Part shown: positions 56,870 through 64,000 of the stretch, piece after piece
Layout: each line of letters begins with the position of its first letter
How positions within the stretch are numbered: position 1 is the first letter of the stretch
Notes under the pieces: model-generated
What the model saw: the letters and a program-made list of their open reading frames with translations, nothing else
Databases searched by the model: none
Told to the model about the DNA's origin: nothing
Translations under genes and position numbers: made by a program
IMG/VR virus record: IMGVR_UViG_3300021979_000003
Span: 64,001 to 128,000 of that record
Source: a virus
Taxonomy: Duplodnaviria > Caudoviricetes
DNA length: 64,000 bases
Direction: 5' to 3' (one strand)

Positions 56870-59806
56870 ATGAGCGAAGAAATGATTCTCAGCGGTGCGT
56901 TTTTTGATAACAATATGCCTAAATGGGCAACTGAGGAAACAATGAAACGCATTGGTAATGATTTGAAAAAAGACAATACGCAAACACGAAAGCAGCATGA
57001 TAAGATGATTTTGCTTTTGGGTAAGATTGTTCAAAATTCAACCAAGGAAGAAAAGACTCAAAGGGAAACCCTAAAAGAAATAAAGAATATAGCTAAGGAA
57101 ATAAAGGATTCGAACAAAACCAACAAAGAGCTTGTTAAAGAAGTTAAGAAAAGTAACAAGCTAGCTGACGAAGCCAATAAACAAGCTAAGAAAACCTCTA
57201 CTACCAACCAGAAGGGCGAGAGTATTGACACTTCTGAAATGGAAAGTCATCTATTAGATGTAAATCGTACCTTGGAAAAAATTCATCTAATGATGTCGCA
57301 GTCTAATAGTGCTATGATCAAGACCATGGAAGAACGTAATCAAATGGTGGGGCGATCAAATTTATCTAGAAATGCCAAGAAATCATCTGAATCTGAAGTT
57401 ATTAGGGATAGTTCTAGTGGTATAGACGCAATGCTTCACGACACATTAGAAGAACTACAGAGTAAAAGTGGAAGACGAAACTCAGGTAGACAACGTATTA
57501 CAAACGAAATTTCTGGATCAAAAGGACCAATTGGAAGGTTTAATGGTCGTATTGCCTCTATGCTTGGTGCTATTGGGGTGTTTGTTAAAAGAATAAAACA
57601 GTTTGGTTCAATGATACTTGACGTAATTAAGAAAATTCCATTTATTGGTACGAAGATTGCTGCTGCTATTGCTGCTGTAAGTACAGTATCTGACTTCATA
57701 GACACCATCCAAAGTTCATTGAGTGATTATAAGAGCATGATTGATCGTGGTATATCTTTTGCTAGAGCCAACGTCGAAGGCATCCGTATGGATGGCATCA
57801 TGGTTCGAAAAATGATCGGTGAGGCTGGACTTACATTAGAAGCTGGTACAGAAGCAATGAAAGAAAACATTGCCATAATTAATGAGCTTGGTGTAAAAGA
57901 CTATATGACAACTATAAAGGATGTCATGGGTAATGCTCAGAATTCCGCTTCGTTCATCAATAGAATAATGATGTCCCAAAATGATATTGCTGAATTTTCA
58001 CGCGACTATCTTAAAAGCTTAAAAATGCTTGGGGATTACGAAAGATTGAATAGTCGTGAGCGAGTGCAGGGAATCCAAAGATTTGCTAAGCATAGTCGTA
58101 TGTTCGCTCAAATGACAGGCGAATCAATTAAAGACTTGCGTGAAATAATCACTGACATGGCTTCTGATCCAAGTATAGCAACTTATCTTAGTGGTATTAC
58201 AGATCAGAATCAGAGGGGAGAAACCCAATCTTCTTTACAGCTTATAACCGCTACTTTTGGTAAAGGTTCGCCTATGCAAAAAGCGTTCATGGAAGCTATT
58301 ACTGATGTGACTGGTGCTGGATTTGCTTCTACCGATGCTTATCGCGAACTTATGATTTTATCTCAGAACATGCCAAATCAGGGTGAGTTATTGAATCAGT
58401 TACAATCTCTATCGCAAAATATTGATAGTCAAACAGCGGAAGAAACTGCAAATCAGTTGGGTAGCATAGCCGATATTCTTAGGGAAGGAATGAATGGTAT
58501 GGATGCTGATTCACGTGAAAATTTACAAATTTTGATGAGAAACAATACAAACCTAGAAGCTATCTTTGGTGGTCTGTTACAAATGCAAACCAAGTTTGCT
58601 GATAGAGAAGCTAGACAAGAAATATTAAGACAGGGCGGTATGGTTGATGAAAAGAGTACCGAAACCGTAATGCTTAACCAGCAAATGAAAACAACTGCTG
58701 AACAATCTCAGGCTGCTGTACAAGCTATGATAGCAAATGCTGCTGATAGTGATGCTTCTAGATATGCAATGGAAGCTGGTTATCGTGTAATGATTGAAGC
58801 CAACAACCTTACTGAAAAAGGTGCCCAAGCAGCGGTTACATCAGCACACGCAATGGTTGATTATCTACCAAAAATAAGCAACTACATCTATGATATCCTT
58901 GGTATTATGGATGATGATAGAAAGACCAGAAAAGAGCAAGCTGAAGAAGCTATGAATTCTAGAGATTTAGGCGCAGGAGCTAGTGCACAAAGACAGGCAC
59001 TGTTGGGTATGTTGGGAGAAAATGGATTAACTACTGGCAACTTAGACGCTAGAATTAGTACTGGTAGAGGTTCTATGCCCACAGTAGAACGAAAGTATGA
59101 TGAAAATATGGCTAGGTTTGAAAAATATGGCATGAATGCGGAGGCTTTAATGACTCAAGCACAAAGTTCCAACAGCCATGTAGCAAGCTTAGCAAGAGAC
59201 ATGCTAATGTATATGGGTTCTGAACAGATGTCTGGTGTTATATCACGTAGTGACCGTTCAGAATATCGTGATATGCTTGAACAGTTAATGGATAAAATGC
59301 CTGATGAACAGCGCGATCAATATTACGATCAGATGAATCAAAAAATGAGGTCAGGTGTTGCTGCAAGGCTTTTCCAAGCTATGTTTAAACAGAACTTTGA
59401 GAGAGTAGAAGGAAGAAACTTAACATCACAAGTAGAAGATGCACAAAGTAGTGAAGTAGAGTCTGCTAGTTCAAATGCAGCTAGTGATGCTGCACGTCAA
59501 GCTGAAGAAGCAGAAAATCAAAGACAAGCACAACGTACACAAACTCCAACGCAGAATGAATCTGGACAAGATGTCACATTTAATGAAAATGGAATACCCA
59601 ACACTATTGCTAGACAAAACGCTACCGTTGACAATCAACAGAATGGTGTTAACTTAATGGGTATTCTAAATGATAATTTGAATCTAATGAATTCGAAGCT
59701 TGATGATCTTATTGGTATAACCAAAATTAGTAGTGAAGAATCACAAAACATATTCAGAGATATAAAAATTAATACTGGTAGGAACGGCGGATCAATAAGC
59801 TCATAA
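56870..59806 (+). CDS. tape-measure-like / baseplate hub protein
   Basis: 978 aa, helical, Ala/Gln/Met-rich, between baseplate hub and portal genes. Confidence 0.6.
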   Translation: MSEEMILSGAFFDNNMPKWATEETMKRIGNDLKKDNTQTRKQHDKMILLLGKIVQNSTKEEKTQRETLKEIKNIAKEIKDSNKTNKELVKEVKKSNKLADEANKQAKKTSTTNQKGESIDTSEMESHLLDVNRTLEKIHLMMSQSNSAMIKTMEERNQMVGRSNLSRNAKKSSESEVIRDSSSGIDAMLHDTLEELQSKSGRRNSGRQRITNEISGSKGPIGRFNGRIASMLGAIGVFVKRIKQFGSMILDVIKKIPFIGTKIAAAIAAVSTVSDFIDTIQSSLSDYKSMIDRGISFARANVEGIRMDGIMVRKMIGEAGLTLEAGTEAMKENIAIINELGVKDYMTTIKDVMGNAQNSASFINRIMMSQNDIAEFSRDYLKSLKMLGDYERLNSRERVQGIQRFAKHSRMFAQMTGESIKDLREIITDMASDPSIATYLSGITDQNQRGETQSSLQLITATFGKGSPMQKAFMEAITDVTGAGFASTDAYRELMILSQNMPNQGELLNQLQSLSQNIDSQTAEETANQLGSIADILREGMNGMDADSRENLQILMRNNTNLEAIFGGLLQMQTKFADREARQEILRQGGMVDEKSTETVMLNQQMKTTAEQSQAAVQAMIANAADSDASRYAMEAGYRVMIEANNLTEKGAQAAVTSAHAMVDYLPKISNYIYDILGIMDDDRKTRKEQAEEAMNSRDLGAGASAQRQALLGMLGENGLTTGNLDARISTGRGSMPTVERKYDENMARFEKYGMNAEALMTQAQSSNSHVASLARDMLMYMGSEQMSGVISRSDRSEYRDMLEQLMDKMPDEQRDQYYDQMNQKMRSGVAARLFQAMFKQNFERVEGRNLTSQVEDAQSSEVESASSNAASDAARQAEEAENQRQAQRTQTPTQNESGQDVTFNENGIPNTIARQNATVDNQQNGVNLMGILNDNLNLMNSKLDDLIGITKISSEESQNIFRDIKINTGRNGGSISS

Positions 59807-59809
59807 ATA
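59802..59809 (+). promoter_or_regulatory. late promoter for portal
   Basis: CATAAATA overlapping the upstream stop codon. Confidence 0.5.
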
Positions 59810-59845
59810 ATAAAATAAAAGAATAACAATAATAGGATATACTTC

Positions 59846-62146
59846 ATGGGTTGGAAAAGTAGATACAACACAATTAAAATAAAGCCTAGACCACAAGAAG
59901 GGACTCAAGGTAGTTCCTCTACGACTAGTATAAACAATAATAAATCTTGGCTACCACAGTTTTACCAAGGCTCTTATGATCGTATCGCTCGTTATATGCA
60001 GTATGATCATATGGATTATGACGTTGATATTAACTTGGCACTCGATACTATAGCCGAATTCTGTACTCTTAATAGTGAATACGATGATATGCCGTTTGAG
60101 TTACAGGTTTCAGATGAAATTTCAAGTTCAGATGTAGTAGTTCTTCGCGAACTTCTAAAACGTTGGGTTCGTATTAATGAGTTTTCTTCACGCCTTTTTG
60201 ATATTTTTCGTAATGTAATTAAGTATGGTGATCAAATAATGATTCGCGACCCTGAAAGCTTTAAATTGTATTGGGTTGATATTTACAATGTTGCGAAAGT
60301 GCTAGTAAATGAAGAAGAAGGTAAAGAACCTGAGTATTATTTTATAAAGAATCTATCTTTCAATCTTACTGATTTGATTGCAACTGACGACTCTAAACTT
60401 CTTATGAATATTCCCCTAGCTGGTGGTGTTAGAGCAAGCCGTATGACAAGCTCTCAGAGCTTCACAGGCTTCGGCAACGAATCTTACACAAACAACTACG
60501 GTTCTGACAATGACGTTGATAGAGAGTATCCGGTAGCCTCTAGTCATGTAGTTCATATTACTAAGTCAACTGGCATGGACAATCTTTGGCCGTTTGGCCG
60601 AAGTGTACTTGATTCAGTATTCAAGCCTTTTAAACAGAAAGAACTACTTGAAGATGCAATCATTATCTATCGTGTGCAGCGTTCCCCAGAACGTTTGATG
60701 TTCAAGATTGATACTGGTGGTATGTCACCAAAACGTGCTAACGAATACGTAAACACTATTGCTGATACTTTTAGACAAAAGCGCCAGCCTGTTGTTGATT
60801 ACAACAAGGGCGAGACAATTATGGATACCACATATAATCCAATGTCTATCACTGAGGATTTCTTCTTTGCTCAAGGCCCTGACGGTCGAGGCTCTAGTGT
60901 AGAAGTACTTCCCGGTGGTGAGTGTTTAGCTCTAGAAACTGAAGTGCGTTTGATTGATGGTACAACTGATACTCTAAAGAATCTTATAAAAAGATATGAA
61001 GACGGTGAAATGTTAATGACCTACACCGTAGATAAAGTTACCGGAGTTGTGTGTCCTGCGATGATCACATGGGCAGGCGTGACAAGACAGAATGCTGATG
61101 TTATCAAACTACATTTTAGTGATGGCGAAAGTGTTATATGTACTCCTGATCACGAATTCCCTGTTAAGGGTAAGGGTTATGTTCAAGCACAAGACATCGA
61201 AGACGGTGATGAATTCTTTGTTCTTCATGAACGTTTTGAAGATAACAAACTTCAGTACTATGTTGATAGAACACAAGAATGGTCCTCAACCGAAGAAATG
61301 TTTAATGACTTCTTTGATGAATTTGGTAAACCATACCGATTCAAAGACTATTATACTGATCAATTAGACCGTGAAGGTGATGTAATTGAGTACAAAACAC
61401 TAGAACGTAAAGAATCTATTGGCACTATGGATACTGGTACTTTAACCATCGACGGTGCTGAAAGGTTTACTGATAATCATACATTCCCAATTGGTAACGG
61501 TATTTTCACTAAAAACTCAACAGGTAGTATTGAAGACTTGAAGTTCTTCACTTCAAGAATGATTCGTGGTCTACGTGTCCCAATTGCATATATGTCTTAC
61601 CTAACAGAAGACGGTCAGACTTATCAATATAATGATGGTAAGACTGGTACTGCTTATATGGAAGAGTTTAAATTCTCCAAGTATTGTGAGCGATTACAGA
61701 AGCAGGTTATTCGAACATTGAACCGTGAGTTCAAGCTTTTTGTTAAAAATCAGGAAGTAGATATTAGTTCCGGTGATTTTGATATTAAGTTTGTTGAGCC
61801 ACAGAGCTTTAGTGAGTATCGTCAGATCGAACTTGATACTGCACAAATGGCTGTATTCCAGAGTGTTGCTGATGTGCCTTATATGTCTAAGCGTTTTGTT
61901 ATGAAGAGGTTCATGGGTCTAAGCGATGCCGAGATTAAAGAGAATGAGAATCTATGGATGGAAGAAAAAGGATTCGATGTTACTCTTTCTAAAGCAAATG
62001 CGTCTGAAGGTGACATTAACGTTCCAAATGAAGAAGATATTGATGAATTGGAACAGGAAGAGCTTACAGCCGATGAGGAACAGGAGAACTCAGAAGACTT
62101 GGATATTGATATGGACTTTGGTGATGAAGGGGGTAATGAGGAATGA
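59846..62146 (+). CDS. gp20: portal vertex protein (T4 gp20-like) with mini-intein
   Basis: RSVLD..FKPFKQKELLEDAIIIYRVQRSPERLMFKIDTG, PMSITEDFFF, RGSSVEVLPGG, EFKFSKYCERLQ; 568 aa after intein removal. Confidence 0.9.
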   Translation: MGWKSRYNTIKIKPRPQEGTQGSSSTTSINNNKSWLPQFYQGSYDRIARYMQYDHMDYDVDINLALDTIAEFCTLNSEYDDMPFELQVSDEISSSDVVVLRELLKRWVRINEFSSRLFDIFRNVIKYGDQIMIRDPESFKLYWVDIYNVAKVLVNEEEGKEPEYYFIKNLSFNLTDLIATDDSKLLMNIPLAGGVRASRMTSSQSFTGFGNESYTNNYGSDNDVDREYPVASSHVVHITKSTGMDNLWPFGRSVLDSVFKPFKQKELLEDAIIIYRVQRSPERLMFKIDTGGMSPKRANEYVNTIADTFRQKRQPVVDYNKGETIMDTTYNPMSITEDFFFAQGPDGRGSSVEVLPGGECLALETEVRLIDGTTDTLKNLIKRYEDGEMLMTYTVDKVTGVVCPAMITWAGVTRQNADVIKLHFSDGESVICTPDHEFPVKGKGYVQAQDIEDGDEFFVLHERFEDNKLQYYVDRTQEWSSTEEMFNDFFDEFGKPYRFKDYYTDQLDREGDVIEYKTLERKESIGTMDTGTLTIDGAERFTDNHTFPIGNGIFTKNSTGSIEDLKFFTSRMIRGLRVPIAYMSYLTEDGQTYQYNDGKTGTAYMEEFKFSKYCERLQKQVIRTLNREFKLFVKNQEVDISSGDFDIKFVEPQSFSEYRQIELDTAQMAVFQSVADVPYMSKRFVMKRFMGLSDAEIKENENLWMEEKGFDVTLSKANASEGDINVPNEEDIDELEQEELTADEEQENSEDLDIDMDFGDEGGNEE
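60923..61516 (+). mobile_element. mini-intein (198 aa) in portal
   Basis: PGGE/CLALET ... ICTPDHEF ... DTGTLTID ... GIFTKN/S. Confidence 0.85.
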
Positions 62147-62343
62147 AGTTAGGTGATCTAACAGAATCTACCGAAAAGGAACAGCCATCTAAGATTAAGT
62201 CTAGGAGAACAACTAGACTTACCATGGCTCATTTGTTGAAGATGAGACGCATACGTGAGAAGAAAAAACTTGAAAAGCTTAAGGATCAAAAGCTTTATCA
62301 AGTGATGTATTCTCCTGATGAAGGTGGAGGTGGAGGTTTCTAA
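62143..62343 (+). CDS. small basic hypothetical protein
   Basis: 66 aa, overlaps the portal stop. Confidence 0.6.
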   Translation: MKLGDLTESTEKEQPSKIKSRRTTRLTMAHLLKMRRIREKKKLEKLKDQKLYQVMYSPDEGGGGGF

Positions 62344-62370
62344 CTTTCACTATAAAAATAGCAAAAAGTT

Positions 62371-62402
62371 AAAAATGCACACTTTTTAGTGTGCATTTTT
62401 TT
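62371..62402 (+). terminator. intrinsic terminator
   Basis: AAAAATGCACACT-TTTT-AGTGTGCATTTTTTT. Confidence 0.8.
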
Positions 62403-62407
62403 ATTCA

Positions 62408-62415
62408 TATAAATA
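62408..62415 (+). promoter_or_regulatory. T4-type late promoter
   Basis: TATAAATA upstream of the head assembly genes. Confidence 0.7.
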
Positions 62416-62462
62416 ATATACGACATTAATGAACCACTTTGAGATTTAGGAGAATTAAAATT

Positions 62463-62993
62463 ATGTCTAAAGTAACAATGCAAGATGTATTCAGTCTTTT
62501 GAAAGAAGATAATGAAGAACTAGCACGTGAGAAGATGCGTGAGTTTATTATTCAGCGTTCTCGTGAGATTCATGAAGGTATCATGGAATCTGACCTATCT
62601 GAAGACGACGTTCTAACAGCCGAGCTAGAAGACGAGCTAGAAGATCAGTCCGAAGACCTAGAAGGTATGGAAGCTGAAGTAGACGGTGAAGAAATTTATG
62701 ACGACGAAGGTGTTGAAGACGCAGTAGACGATCTAGAGTCTGGTGAAGACGCTATTGATGACGTTGAAGATCGTGTAGACAGCATCGAAGACGAGCTTGA
62801 AGAACTTAAGCGTGAGTTCGAAGAGTATATGTCTGATGAGGAAGGTTCTGAGGAAGATTCCGAAGAAGGTTCCGATGAAGAAATGGAAATGGGTGACGAA
62901 GAATCCGAAGAAGAGTCCGAAGAAGAAATGGGCGACGTTGAAGATTCACTAGACGCCGACATTGAGAACATCGAAGACGAAGAAAATAATTAA
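62463..62993 (+). CDS. acidic prohead core protein (gp67/gp68-like)
   Basis: Extremely E/D-rich, between portal and protease; ATG at 62463 behind AGGAG. Confidence 0.7.
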   Translation: MSKVTMQDVFSLLKEDNEELAREKMREFIIQRSREIHEGIMESDLSEDDVLTAELEDELEDQSEDLEGMEAEVDGEEIYDDEGVEDAVDDLESGEDAIDDVEDRVDSIEDELEELKREFEEYMSDEEGSEEDSEEGSDEEMEMGDEESEEESEEEMGDVEDSLDADIENIEDEENN

Positions 62994-63017
62994 TTAAAGA
63001 TTTAAGGAACGTCAATT

Positions 63018-63665
63018 ATGCGTCCAAGCCAAATATTAACAGAACATTTAGGATTCTCACAAGCCAACCTGCACCTTGAAGAAAACGAGGCAAGGGGAAC
63101 TGGTGAAAAATCATTTTATCTAAATGGTATTTTCATTCAGGGTGACGTAAAGAACCATAATGGTCGTGTATATCCTTCGTCTGAAATCCGTAGTGCGGTA
63201 GATGATATTAATCATCGCATTAGTAAAGGGTTCTCAGTTTTGGGTGAAGTTGATCATCCAGAAACTTTAACAATTAACTTGGACAGGGTAAGTCATGTTA
63301 TTGAAAGTATGTGGATGAACGGTAGTAACGGACATGGAAAGTTGAAAATTCTACCTACACCTATGGGCAAGATCATTGGGTCACTTTTGGAATCTGGTGT
63401 GAAGCTAGGTGTTAGTTCTCGTGGATCAGGTAACTTAGATCATACTGGTAATGTTGCAGACTTTGAAATTATTACCGTAGATATCGTTGCTAATCCATCT
63501 GCACCAGAAGCATATCCTAAAGCGATTTACGAAAGCCTTATGAACATGAATGGTGGAATGCAGATGATGGAAACTGCCAAACATGTAAATACAGGTAGCA
63601 GCGCAGCTAATAGACATTTTGCTAATCAAATGAAAAAGTTTATTAGTGAGTTGGATAAAAAATAA
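63018..63665 (+). CDS. gp21: prohead protease (T4 gp21-like)
   Basis: GIFIQGDVKNHNGRVYP, GEVDHP, LPTPMG, LGVSSRGSG, DIVANPSAPEAY. Confidence 0.92.
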   Translation: MRPSQILTEHLGFSQANLHLEENEARGTGEKSFYLNGIFIQGDVKNHNGRVYPSSEIRSAVDDINHRISKGFSVLGEVDHPETLTINLDRVSHVIESMWMNGSNGHGKLKILPTPMGKIIGSLLESGVKLGVSSRGSGNLDHTGNVADFEIITVDIVANPSAPEAYPKAIYESLMNMNGGMQMMETAKHVNTGSSAANRHFANQMKKFISELDKK

Positions 63666-63683
63666 TTAATAGGAGAATTAAAG

Positions 63684-64000
63684 ATGAGTAAAGGTATTAA
63701 CAATCTACTAAGCTCTATGGGCTTAAGTGATGACCTACGTGACGAAGTTCTAGAAGCATGGGAAGCGGTTAAGGAAGAAAACAAGCAACATGCTATCGAG
63801 CAGGTTCGCCAAGAATATCGCGAACAATACAAGAAAGACATGGATGCCATGGTTCTTGCTGCTGAGACTATCGTAAATGAATCTCTAGAAAAGGAACTAA
63901 CAGAGTTCAATGAAGATCGTCAGAAACTTCATGAGGGCAAAAAAGTACTTCTTAAGAATCTTAAGAAAGCTAAAGCTCTTAAAGAGAGTCACGAAGAAAA
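63684..64000 (+). CDS. prohead scaffold (T4 gp22-like), truncated at the window end
   Basis: AGGAG SD, ATG at 63684, open frame MSKGINNLLSSMGLSDDLRDEVLEAWEA...; position after the protease; absent from the ORF track because it has no stop. Confidence 0.75.
   Translation, partial: MSKGINNLLSSMGLSDDLRDEVLEAWEAVKEENKQHAIEQVRQEYREQYKKDMDAMVLAAETIVNESLEKELTEFNEDRQKLHEGKKVLLKNLKKAKALKESHEE

Noticed and set aside
62696-63015. Ser-rich minus-strand ORFs
   Set aside because: Antisense shadow of the GAA/GAT-rich acidic prohead core gene
41-63665. Stop-codon reassignment (alternative genetic code)
   Set aside because: Core genes are full length in the standard code; the only break (uvsW) ends in TAA and is explained by the split intein
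1-64000. CRISPR array, tRNA or rRNA genes
   Set aside because: No regularly spaced repeats or cloverleaf motifs seen; intergenic gaps are short and explained by promoters and terminators

Overview
64-kb segment of an AT-rich, T4-like (myovirus-type) jumbo bacteriophage genome infecting a Gram-negative host (Rz/Rz1-like spanin pair present). Left part: replication/recombination genes (gp61-like primase, a 195-aa stand-alone DnaE-like polymerase core, nucleotidyltransferase, UvsW helicase, gp46/gp47 SbcCD nuclease, PD-(D/E)XK exonuclease). Middle: tail-fibre and virion genes with extensive peptide repeats. Right: ClpA, spanins, PhoH, ThyA, HD-kinase, two divergent SF2 helicases around a palindrome-rich intergenic region, baseplate hub, tape-measure-like gene, portal, prohead core, prohead protease and scaffold (truncated at the window edge). 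Late genes carry T4-type (T/G/C)ATAAATA promoters and early/middle genes sigma70-type promoters; many intrinsic terminators. Five inteins are visible. The standout is a fractured uvsW gene: a naturally split intein sits in the DECH box, its halves separated by a free-standing NUMOD3 + TnsA-like PD-(D/E)XK endonuclease gene, and the same helicase also has a cis mini-intein in Walker A. No tRNA, rRNA or CRISPR array was seen. All assignments are by motif recognition by eye; no database searches were run.
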